64,000 bases of DNA, from NCBI GenBank assembly GCA_040954595.2, contig CM082596.2, positions 2,164,999 through 2,228,998 of the forward strand. The letters run 5' to 3'. This DNA comes from Balanoglossus misakiensis (lineage: Eukaryota > Animalia > Hemichordata). The position numbers and the translations under genes were made by a program. Of the stretch, positions 39,425 to 52,400 are shown in pieces; within the stretch, counting starts at the first letter, position 1, and each line of letters opens with the position of its first letter. The notes beneath the pieces were generated by a model. The model was not told the DNA's origin. It saw only the letters and a program-made list of their open reading frames with translations, and did not search any database.

Positions 39425-42400
39425 ATGAAGATTCGCAACATCGCTTTGTTGATAACCACGACAGTGGTGGCCGTGATGATAGGTGACGTCACTACTACAA
39501 CAACAGGTAAGTATGAAAGTATTAAGTGGACAACATTGCCTGTGCTATCTGTGCACCTCGACCGCCTTCAGGTCGACAGTAGCACTGTTGTCTTTAGGTT
39601 TGTTGACAATATGCACGCCCATATTCTGCTATATTTACTGAATCGTCCATCACACAGCGATTTGTGATACTCAATACCGTGCCGGGCCAGTATAGATTTT
39701 CCACTTTATCATTAAGACTTGAACTTTGGAATCTGTTTTGATGAAGAAAAACCTTCTATTTAAGCTCCATGGCATGCCAAACCGGCTTATGCTGAATTGT
39801 ACTTATCAAATTGCATAATATGACTATCTTAATGAAAATCAGAGATTATTTTTGGTAGACATGATATAAGTTAAATTGTTAAGGTCAGCATTGACTATGA
39901 GATCACACACATCGCATGCGCAGCAGACCCGGTTATACTGCAGTTGTCCTGAATATTTAATCAATGGTGGTACCTCTTATTCATTAACGATGTACGGTAT
40001 AGGTAGAAAACTGTCCAAGCGGAAGTCACGAATTGGGAACAACAACAAAAAACATCAAATAATTCGAATTGCACAACTTGGTAATTAATTTGCACTTACC
40101 GGAAAGTATGATGTCATAAAAAGCGAACTTCCTTTCCCCGCTTTTATTTCCCTGGTAATATATGGCGACGGCACCAAGTGGAAAACTCTTCTAAACGATT
40201 GTAGCTTGCACCAAATCAGCGATTTACATCAACGACATGGTGTCTGTTTGAGGGATCATTATGTAAAGGCATCGTGAGATGTCATGCAATACCTATCAGA
40301 TAGGGAAAAAATATAAAAAGGGATAAGCTTTTATCGGGTGTGATATGACAATAAAATTGGCCACAATATATTAGGGTACACGAGGCCATATATCTTTGAT
40401 TAGGCCTGGGTGGACTGATGAGTGTATTTCTTTGCGTGTCATAGCAATCTCCACAGAGGGATTGACAACATCAGTGATGACTACCTCGGAATCACCGACA
40501 ACAACCGAACCAACGACGACAACCGGACCACAGACAACAAGCGAACCACAGACAACAACTGAATCACAAGCGACAAGCGTATCACAAACGCCCAGCGGAC
40601 AACTAACCAGTGGGCCCCAGGAGACAACCGAACCACAGACGACTAATGGCGCGGGCGGAACAACCTCATCGCCAGGATCAGAAACTACCAATCCCACAAA
40701 TCCGATCACTGGGATAAATTCAAGTACCATAGAACAAACCACACCAGGGGATCAACAGTCAACCGATGCACCCGGCCCCGGAACGGCAGTGCCGTCAACG
40801 CCGGAAACCGTGACAAACAAAAGCGGGACTACATCGGATCCCACCACAACCATTTCGACAACTGCGAACCCTTCCGGAACAACCTTGCCAACCAGTGCCA
40901 CCGACCCACCCGGCAACTACCCCAAAGATACAGATATAACAGAAGAGATAGCAGGCATGTAACATGTATCTACTGACAGACAACAAATCTTGCGACAGAC
41001 AATACTTTGGCATCTTACAACCATTTCCCCAGTGTCATAATCTGTCACGTTGCTTTCTTTTATTCCATTCCGTAGGATATGACATCAGCTTTGGGTTCGA
41101 GATCCAAATTTTGAACTACACCTCTGGTAATATAACAGAATTTGAGAATGAATTCATAGACGAGGTAAGGGCACACAATGGAAGGATGTAGAACCTTAAA
41201 TTACACAATCTTGATCTTAATCGTGTCTTCCTCTACCCTGGCAGTGGAACACGACTTGGATCAATGAAACTATTGGTCAGGAAAAAAACACCGACAGTGT
41301 TTAATTTCAAGATTTTACACAACTTCCTTCACAGAAGAGTAGATCGAAATCACCATGTCATTTCTGTTTGCAAACACAGATGGGTGAATATTACGATACC
41401 GATGACCTTCCTGGATTCAAAGAACTCGTTATCATGGACATCAGGTAAACATTAAAACCACGCCTTTACATGAATTCTTGCAGTGATATTAAATGTGTTA
41501 GGAGAGTAAGGACATTGTAAGTGGATAACGCTTTTGGACTTTGTTATTGTCTTGAAGCTCTGGGTCAATTATTGTCAACTACTCTGTGGTGTACACCCAA
41601 GTTCTCCTGGAAGACGCGGCTTCTTCTGATGTTGATGCCGCATATGTAAACGAAAGAAGTTTGGAAGTATATTATGACACTGCAAATACAACATATAACT
41701 TAAACGAGACTTACACACAGTATGAAGGTACGTAGTTTCATCAGAGCACTAAAGTGATGCACAAACATGTACCTCATTACGCTATATCAACCATATACAG
41801 TAGTTTACACCACACTACACTACACTACTGTAACACTACACTACATTACATTACACATTCCTTGTGTTCTCCGCAACGAATAACTTTAACAAAGATGTTG
41901 CCAGATTTATGAAATTAATACAATAATTAGTTTTAATATTGCAAAATCTCCCAACGCGACAAATGCATACACAAGAAGCTTCATCGGACTATGGCCAATC
42001 GATTGTGTATTGCACATTCTGCTATAACACTGGTTCGTGTCAATGGAAAAGTTGATAACGATTCTCTTCTACGTGCTCACTCTAAAGATTTGCCTCATGG
42101 TGATCTGTGCGACGTTGAAGAATACTGCGATGCGAACTACAATTGCACAGTTACGGAAGACCCATCACTCAAAGTCTATTGCAAATCACAATCCCAGTGT
42201 CTGGAGGACTATTGCCAAAATGGCGGATACTGCGTCCACGAAGACGATGGCGGCGTGGCCTGTTGGTGAGCATGTGCAGACAGATTTTCAGGAGAGAGAT
42301 TTTAACCTGCGTTATTAAAAGCATACGGTAACCTGTGCCAATTTGGGACCCCAATTACCATGGATAGCGGAGAGATCTAGCTAATTAATTTCTCTCATCC

Positions 42401-43529
42401 ATCATCTGCCTGGTCTATCTCTGTCTCTATCTCTATCTCAGGTGTCCAAGTAACAACGACTACTGGTACAGCGGAGATGTGTGTCAGTACGCGGTTTATA
42501 AAATCTATCTCATAGCTGCTGTTTCTGGAGGCCTCCTACTCCTGCTGATCATATTCCTAGTGACACTTTGCTGTGTCGGTAAATGTTGTAAAAACAGCGC
42601 CAGGAAAGGGGTTCAGGAGAACGACGAAATGGGACGCAGCAATTTACACGGAGAGGAAAATGAACACTTCCACAGGTAAAGGTTCTCATTGGAATTATGA
42701 AATGAAACCAAGTCGTTCCGGAGGTTCAATAGAAAAGGCAAAATCTCATACTTTTTATCGTCCCCTCCTCCCTCCCCTAGATTTTTAGAAACTTTCCAAA
42801 TGCCAGACATGTACCAATCCAAGGGCGCCGATCCTGGAGAACTCGACTTGGAAGAGACAAAAATCATCACGGCGGAACCGGCGGCGGTGGCCGTCAGATC
42901 CGACAGCGGCTCTGAGATCCCCAACACCCAACACGTCAACCGCCTCTCCAGTATCAGTGGATCAGTCGTGTATGCCGACGCCACGAGCATCCCGCCTTAC
43001 CAGGCTTACAACAAACCAGCCACGACCAACATGACCACAACCGCCGCGGTCTCAAGCCCGGACGTACTGCCCGAAGATGAGGGGCATTACTCGACAAACA
43101 TCCCCCACAACCCCAGGGAACAGGTTGCATTGGCCTATGAAGCGAAAAACCTCTTCAACTTGAAGCGAATGAGTCGCGAGATAGAGGTCGGTGTAAAATG
43201 CTCCCGAACTGCAACTTTTGCATTTATTCATATTTTATGATTAATTTTCAAATCAAAATTTGCCCACGTAGGCCTTATATACGGTACACTGCTTAGGGCC
43301 AGTGTCTGTAACAGGAGTATTTTTGTATTGTGCATCTACTACATTTTCTTGTTCTCGGGGAATTTTCGTTCTGTAACAGCATTGTGATTTGAGTTAGGCT
43401 ACATTTATGAAAAACACTGGAGGATACTTTATATTTACAGATGATATACTTTGTATTCACTGTTCATATTATTGATTTTTACAGGACATGAACAGACACG
43501 CCGCCACCGCTGAGGCAAATATAACATCG
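39425..43529 (+). CDS. Transmembrane mucin paralog 5 (canonical SEA with GSIIV, EGF, TM); final exon unresolved (probably ~44030-44220)
   Basis: Exons 39425-39506, 40445-40954 (GC donor), 41076-41164, 41380-41444, 41558-41727, 42088-42265, 42442-42675, 42781-43186, 43485-43529. SEA ...LPGFKELVIMDISSGSIIVNYSVVY, EGF CLEDYCQNGGYCVH...CWCP...YWYSGDVCQ, TM IYLIAAVSGGLLLLLIIFLVTLCC. Confidence 0.8.
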
Positions 43530-46403
43530 GTAAGATATATGTCACTTCCTTTGTTCATATGTGCACATAGTTGATGGCGCGCGCACGCCCAAAACCACTC
43601 CAAAATTCACGCGTAAGATTAAGGCTTATCGTCTATTAAAGCACAGTCCCTGTGATAGATAAACCGTGGTCTATACTACGAAGTTACAATTACAACAATG
43701 ATTGTCGCGGGTAAAGAAGGTCGACTTGGTGTTCGCAGGGCTGTGAAACATCGGTAACCTGGCAGCGACGAAGCTGGGATGATGCATTCGCCGCTGTCAG
43801 TTTCGACGTTTGATAAGCGAGGAAAAACGCCTCGTATAAAAATGATGTAAGCCCTAAAACATTATTTCGACAACGCGTAAGGTAAACATGGTAAACCATG
43901 GGTAAACCTACCTGATATGATTCGAGCGTCGAGCTTCGGTGTCCTCACTTGACCTCACGTGTCCTCAGGGATGCGCGCGTATAGCCTACAGTGTACAAAT
44001 AAAAGCAAACAAATAGTATACGTTTTCAGGTGTGCAGATTTAAAATGTTAATTAGCTATTGAATTTTGAATAAACCATACTGTGGGTACGGTTAATTTCT
44101 GTTTAGTCAGTACTTACAGGTGTTTTTAACGCGATGCAGAGCTTACGCACTCTCCAGCAGACGACGACTGTCCTTCCCCGCACCAAGTGGTCCATTGCGC
44201 ATGCCCATGGTTTAGACAGGCGAAGCTGTTTTATACGTATTATATTATAATGATTTAAATAATGTTCATATATTCATGTATCTGTATATTACATAGACAC
44301 TACAAACAATACGCGACCTTTTTTTCATTGTAGGATAACAATAGAACTCAAGCCCCCAGCACTATGACAGTAAGAATTCTTTCTAGTTCTGTTGATTTAC
44401 AATAATACTGCGATTTGTCCATGTGCAATTCCTCAGTTGTGGAGGGACAGGTATACATTATAGAGGCATCATTTGCATTTTTACGTTACAATTACACGTC
44501 TTTGTAATTTGAGACATACTCACCTATGGTCAATTATGTTTAACAGTGCAGCATCTTAACTTTTCCAATATCCATGTACATTTTCTTTCCAGGATGCCAC
44601 GCCGAAATATGCTCCATATGGATATCCAACAAGCGGAATGGTAAGGCACTATCAGTCTGTCGTGCTGTGTCCTCTTGTCATAATGTCCTGTACCCCCCCC
44701 CCCCAATTCCCTGAGTGCATCCAAATTGAACTTCAACCATTTGAAGATTGAGAAACTTCCTCTTACATGCGTGAGTCGACAACCGCCTAATTATGCAGTT
44801 TAGTAAAATAACAATGATCCTCTCATAACTCATTATTTCATGCTTTTTTTTACAGATTCCTCAGGCGGACTATTTGTAGAAGAATTTCATCAATACAACA
44901 TGAAGGTTTTATCCAAATAAACGCCACGCAATTCATAAGCTGCAGGATTGAAGAGGTTTCCGTCCAAGTGTCATGTCTGAATAGTGTGTGTGGAAATTCC
45001 AGGTTCTGAGGAACCATGAGCTTATTTTTGTCAAAATGGAAGACAAACGTCATGAATGAACTCAAAGAAAATTGCTGCACTAAATAGAAGAGATTTTTGC
45101 CAATTTTCACTCTTAAACCAGTTATGTTACTTACTCTGACTTTCACTATCAGGAAAATCTCAAACGAACAAGATTTCGAAAATGTATCATCTGGACAATA
45201 TATCCATCACAATAATCTGAAGATTCCTGAAAACTAAAATGGAGGTCAATACGTAGCAATTTCATTCTTTCTCATTGAAATAGCATGGTATATTTTAAAT
45301 ATCAGAAGTGGGGTTTCCTGTAAAACAATATGCTCATTGAACCCCCAAATCTTTTTTGTTTGAAACTGGGGTAGTTTTAAGTAGCAGTAAAGGTTTACCT
45401 TTAAAGTTTTAATTTCTAGGCTTCGTTTTTTTAAACTTTCGTTCATATTTTCAATTTTGTTTTGCAACACCTGCGCATCTGATCTTGATTTGTGGAAAAA
45501 TATAAGTCTGCAATCCTACCAAATCTACAAATGGGTTTTGCTACATAAATTACATAATAAATAAATTACATATCCTGTTTGAATAATCTAGGGCCCTAAA
45601 TCACATCATGCATGATGGATCCTGAATCTTCACTATAACACCACTGATACCATAAGCACTGCCTTGTTCTCTGCTTAACAAATTACTCCACACAAAACAT
45701 AAGGTTGTCAACTGGTTTATTCAAACTTTTGAGAATGAAGGACTGACACAAAATATACAGATACACCTCTGAGTTGACCTTGAACATGAAAGAATGTGAC
45801 ACATCATAGAAATAATTATATGCAAATTTGATCGAGACTGGACAAAGACAGTTGTCAGTTGCTGGCAAAAATTCTGCAGTTTTGAATTTTAATCGATATA
45901 AAGCTTACACTTACAAAAAAAGCAAGGCCACTAATGACTATTTATTGACAAAGCACAATAAACTGTTTGGCTAGGCCCCAGCACGATGGGCATTGCACAA
46001 GGCAGGTATGGGAAAATGTACTTCAAAATATAAAGACTCAATATTGCATTACCACACAATCACTGCAGTATCCCCAGGACAAACAGTTTTTGAGAAACTG
46101 CATTTTGATACAAAAAAGCAAACCACAAAATGTTCATGTTAGTACATTTTGAAGAGGTGGCCACTACCACAGGTTTGATTGAGGTAGCGGGAAAAGCTTA
46201 AGTAAGCGCAACTGATGAACTGTTTTTAAACTACCGCTCAAAAATTTGTTCCTTTTTTTCAACCTCTGCAAGTTTGTGAAAAATACAGGCAAAAAAGATT
46301 AGAAAAGCAGTCTGAGAAAAAAAAAAGTTAAGTTTTTAAACCAATTCTGTTTTTGATTGGAGTCTCACATTAACCTCTATCCTTGACAGGGGGTCTAGGC
46401 ATC

Positions 46404-49400
46404 TTATGTGATTGGGCAGACACCATTCTTGGCAGCCTCGTGTCCGGATTCAACCAGGTGTTCTATGAAGACGTCGTTGAGGGCGATAGATGTTTCCATA
46501 ACATCCTCGTACTTGGGAAGTTCACAAGTTCCACTCTCCAGCATCTGTTTTACCTGGAAGAATATTTTCATAATGCTTTAAATTTTTGGCTTGGAAGAAA
46601 ACTTTAAAAGGGAGGGGGGAGAGAGAGAGGTGTCAGGGTGCAAGAGAAGTCAGAGTGAAAAGAGTAAAACAAGGCAAAAGAATTCCACAAAATATCCGTG
46701 ATTACCAGTGCTCGTACGTGATTTCATGACCTCTCACAATTAATTCTCTCGCACTGACGGTCAAAATAAACAGAGTTGACAAATCTATTACTAGTATTTT
46801 CTATGGTAAAGTGGGACCTCTAAAGAGGGAACAGAGGGTGAAAGGTTTACGGGGAAAAAACAATCACAAGGGTAATGTAATAAAGTAGAATAACACTCCA
46901 CTTACCATGAGATGAGTAAATCTGCTGACCATAAGCGATGGCAGCTCCTTTCTCTCCCATTCCCAGTTGTTTTCCGCAAAACTTCCAAACAAAGTTCCCT
47001 TTGATGGCAAAACAAATCAAGAGAGACTAAACATGAGTGTTGTGTTTTCATTTTTATTTCTCATTGTTTGATCTTCAGGTTTCTGGGTCTGACATTAGAT
47101 AACCCCCCCCCCCCCCCACCAACAGCTGATGTCCGTTGACCATGCACATGCATGTCTGATTTTCATTGCCAATGTCAAGTATGAAGAGGATTGGAATTTG
47201 TGCACTCCAATTCATCCTGGACGAAATATATGTGAACTCTATGAAAATGTCAAATTAACAGAATCCTACAGAACTCAATAGCACATTTTTTCGTGAGAGT
47301 AAACTTTTAATAAAACTCACATTTTGTTCATTCCAGAACACGTCAGCATTGGGGCTTTTGATCCGCAATATTCTTCCCTCTGCCATGGGTCCTGGTAGGC
47401 ATACAATAGAAACATCAGCTGTTCCCTTCTCTGTTTTAATCTGTCCCTTCAAAGTACCAAAAATCTCAACAAAATCCTATTAAAGAGAGAAAGAATTACA
47501 GCTGTTAAAGTTAGAAGAGATTATCTTGAGAAATGCGTTGAACCTTTGCTCTTTGGTCAGAAATTAGTCAAAATACACAACACGTATATCTTTGGAATTG
47601 CCAATGGGGAAAACTTTTATGGGGACAGTGGTGGCATGTGCGAAAAGAGGCATCATGAAGTTACTTCTTACCTGTCTCTTGGAGGCTTCATAACCAGGGT
47701 TGAATGTGCTGCCATTGAACTCGATTGCCTTGTTGTCATTCAGCCATTTGGCCAGAACTATCATGTGGAGTCCGTTACAACACAGGCCCCAGCCCTGGCC
47801 ATGGATATGAAAATTCACAGGACCCTGGGAATAGGCGAGTAGCAGAACATTTAATGTACAAGTCCATCTTGTATGGTTACAACTTGTCATGATGTGAACA
47901 AGATGAAAATGGAACTCCAGAGAAAGGATGAATGTAATAAACCAGATTTTATTCCATGGATTTTGTTACCTGTATTTTTTCCTTCAAATATTTCCCAAGA
48001 GGAAATGCAGCATATTGGCTGTTGACATAAGCGTTCACGCCAGACTTTTTCAACAGAGCAAGGACTGCCCGGTGATCCTCAGCTGTTTGGAACAGCACCT
48101 GGAAAATATGGCATAGAGAACATTTACATTTTAAACTGTGTACATTGTAAAGGACAGGTAGCATGAAGATGAGGTGGAGGGTGAGATCCAATATGTCTGT
48201 CTGTCTCATGTATGTACAGCTGTATGTATGTATGTATGTATGTATGTATGTATGTATGTATGTATGTATGTATGTATGTATGTATGTATGTATGTATGTA
48301 TGTATGTATGTATGTATGTATGTATGTATCTATGTATCTATGTATGTATCTATGTATCTATGTATCTATGTATCTATGTACATGTATGTGTACACGTATC
48401 GCAAACTTACCTTCTCCAGAATCATATGAGACACCTTACACTGATCAAGCACGTTGGTGACAACTTTACGTCTGACTGTGGATGTGGTGGCAATGATCAC
48501 CACATCAAACTTTCTCCCTGTGGTCACTTCATCCAGAGACTGCACGTAGACAACTTTGGTGCGAGGATTGGCTTTCGCTTCGTTGTCAAAAATCGACTTG
48601 GCACGGGTTCGGCATGCTCTGAAAAAGAGATGCAGAATATACACATGTATGTAGAGGATGTATTTTCTGTCAATAAATTATTTGCAGTAGACAATGTATT
48701 AGAAACTGAAAGTATATCCATGTTTTTTTGTATTGGGAAATGCACTTGTAGCAAAACATTTGTTAACGTTTTTACACAGATATGTGCAGGTGCAAATTGT
48801 TGGTCGATACATTATTGCAATCTTTATTACTATTGCTTGTGATGACAAAGAATTAAAAAACAGTTGGAAGTTTCCTTTTATCATGCTTTTCATGCATATT
48901 TTACTTCATTTGCATATCCTGTGAAAAATACCAGACTGGTTTAATTTTACTGGCAACAACAGTGTAACAGGTGGTGCCATATGTTATCGTGCAAATCAGC
49001 TGAACAAATATTTAAGGTCTATTCTGGTCATTTTAGTGAGGCTATTTTTATCCATAAAGAGTGTTTGAATTCTAGCACAAACACAGCGTCGAAAATGAAA
49101 CGAAGCATTAAATTTCAAAAAGCATTTCACATATCAAAAAGCATGCAATGTTAGACTTTCTCATGTTACTTACTCGACAGGTTCCACTACCACTACATCA
49201 ACAGCGATGTCTAAGCACGCCAGAGATTGCAGGTGTCGAGAACCAATGTTACCCGCGCCTGAGAAAATTAATTAAAATTAAAGATGCAGGCAGCGTAAGC
49301 AGGGCCCAAGTTATTGTGCAAAGATAAAACACTGCAGGGTAACCATATGGGTGACCTTATTTTCTGACATACACCCCCCCCCCCCACCTGGTATGTATTC

Positions 49401-52400
49401 CCACTGTAAGCTTCTTTGTGAGGTGGGTCCAGTCGGCTGGACAAAAATAAAGAAATCCACAAAAATGAGGTAATAAAACACAGTCGTAAAATTTGGAGTC
49501 CTTTGGAGTTTGGGTGTGTAATAGGAATGTAGTGAACCAAACAGTTACAAAAGGATGTTGAATTTATTACATCAGGGTGGGGAACACAGAGTTCAAAAGG
49601 TTGAGAATAGTACTTGTGAGAGGGGTTATACTTGTATGCCAGACTATGACAGAATATACTTTTCATGGCAGTAGGGGAAAGTATTGTTACCAATATTCAA
49701 ATCCAAATCAAGATCGACTTATAAACATACCCCCAGGAACATCTAAAAAGAGACCTTCTATAGATCAGCAGGTTAAAAAGTAAGAATGTACCCAAATTGC
49801 CCAAACACCTTAACAAAGAAAGTCCCCATTGCTTAAATTATGAGTGAGTGAGTGAGTGGGCCAATGGAGAAGGAAACGTTGCACACAATACTGTCTATAC
49901 CTTCCCAGTTTGCAAGCTCCTTTTTCTGCACACATCTCCAGAAAAGGCCATGCAGCCTGGACGGTGCCTACTGTTTCCTGTGTCAAGCCCAATTTGACTT
50001 GTGTTCCTGTTCACATTGACTTTGTTCCATGTATGTGACACTTACCAACGATCAAGACAGCAGGCAATTTGGACATATCAGTGCCACGCATCGGCTCATA
50101 ATACTTCTGCACGTGTTCTAGTTGATGACTCAGTGGCAACAGGTCTTCATCATCAGGGTTATCCAAGAAAGTCTTTTAAAGGAATTACAGTCAAATCTGT
50201 TAAACCAGACACCAAAGGAACTGAAGAAATTGTTCGGTGTTACAGAAGTGTCCAATTAACAGAGGTTGAGTGATTCTTTGTGAAAGGGACGGCAAATGTG
50301 TTTGGTATATGGGTTGCCAGATTAGACAGGGTTTACTGAACACTATATGATGAGACCGACACATTCATAGTATGAACAGAATCTTTTGACACAGAAAACT
50401 GCATTATAAGTCAGGCAAACATTCACATACAGCACACTGTCAAAAATTCCAAGTTAAATACCAGGGCATACGTGGCATTGCAACATATCATGTCAGCTTA
50501 CTGAATATGACGTGTTCACTTTTGAGTATTCGAGTGCAACAGGATATGGATATATTTAAACAAGCTCTTTCATACAAAGCAAAGGAGGTTAAATATGCTC
50601 AAGGACACTGCATATCTGTGGTGGAAATCTCAAGTGTGGTGTCACATACATGTACAGCCATTTAATTAACATGATGGGCTACATGTTGTTTGTCCCGTGT
50701 GACATGAAAATGTCCTCCCATATAAACTGCCCCGCCATGCGAGATCTAGCTTGCAGGGTCTATTACCTCCTGCTGTCAAAATGAAGTAAAAATGAAACTA
50801 CAAAGTGCTCACCTTGGTCTGCAGCCACAAGCCCGGCTTGAATTTCTTGTCTAGGCTGTCATCTATTTCAATTTCTTCCACTTTTACAGAACCAAGCCTA
50901 GTGACATGCAACTTCTCAAGTGGTCTGAAGATGTAGCGGTTCTTGCGAGTCAGAACCTAGCAATCGACAGAACGGGAGATGGTCAAAATGAAAGTATGGA
51001 AAACATGGAAAGAAATCTCAAAAAGTTGCAACTGAGATACAGTGGTTGAATACCAGATCTGAACTTGGAATTCCAGATGGATTGCATTGACTACTGTTTG
51101 AACAAAGATCACACACATTTTCACCTTGCAAACTAAACTGGGAAGCAATTGCACAATGAGGTATATCAAAGTTTTGTGTAAAAGTGCTTAGTTCTTATCA
51201 TTTTTCAGCTGATCTGCACATTTTGATGGAAATCATATTTAAAATCAGCGTGCATGCATACAGACAGAAAGACAGACAGAAATAGATACCATACATAATG
51301 ATTATCAACATATGTCAAATAATCCTGTAAGCTCCTTTAGGATAATAGGAGCTTAAAATGAACATGTGTATTGTAGTGCAAGACTCAGTTTTCCATGCAG
51401 TGGCATGTCCCTTCCCGATTTTACCTATGCTCCTTAATTACCAGTATGGGGGTAAGACAGACAATACTGTATCAAAAAACACTTGGGGAGAGCAGGACAC
51501 TGGTAATACTCACCTCAAGCCACCATCTTCCTGGTGCTGCCCAGTTAGCATGGTAAGAGAAGAGGGCATTCTTTTCAGTGATGCCAGATCCTACCCAGAT
51601 GGAGGCCTGTGGATGCCAGAACACTTCACCTTGTCCAGCATGGTGACACTGCAGATCTTTCGGTTGTCCTCCCAGGAAAAATGCCAAATCTAGGACGTGA
51701 CTGTTTCCAAGGAACCAGCTTTGTTTTACTGTTACCGGTATATTGGGAAAAAGACAAGATATGTATTGACAGGTACATTACACAGGAAGTGATTAAGATG
51801 ACTTGGTAAGCATCCTGTTGCTATGGTAATTAACCAAGTCTCGCCACATCTCACTATGAGCAGAAAATCATTTACTAAGCCTATGGGCCACGTAGACTCT
51901 TGTACATTTAGCTTCACTCACAGTCACAGTGAATAACCTGATCTGCTATTTAGCTACAGATAAATGACACGATGTAACCCCAAATGAATAGCCCTAGGCT
52001 TTGAGCACAGACAGGTTAGCTCATGAATACTCTGGTTACTAGTACCAACAAGCACGCATTGTGTGTCTACAATATAACTCATTCAGAAAAACAGGAGATC
52101 CAGTCTGTACATGTAGCATAGCTTGAGGACCATAACCACCAAAAGCATGACGTCAATAAATTACCTATCCCAACCTAGCAAATAAATCTTCAATGACATG
52201 CACGTAGTGAACAGGTGTCCAGTCTAATATTAACCATACGTGAATGCAATTTCGATTACACAATTATTTCTATACTTTTTGGGTATCATGGAAATGTTGC
52301 ATGTTTCAACAAAACTCACCTGACTCAGGATGAGGGAGACCACCAATGATATGAGACCATTCCGTAAATTCAAACACAAATGATGTTATGCCACCGTCTG

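Noticed and set aside
44030-44220. Candidate last exons of mucin 5
   Set aside because: Several AG acceptors (44029, 44106, 44110, 44119) give different C-termini and none can be chosen without transcript data.
48163-48842. MYVC-repeat ORFs (also 56509-56816)
   Set aside because: Translations of (TATG)n microsatellites.
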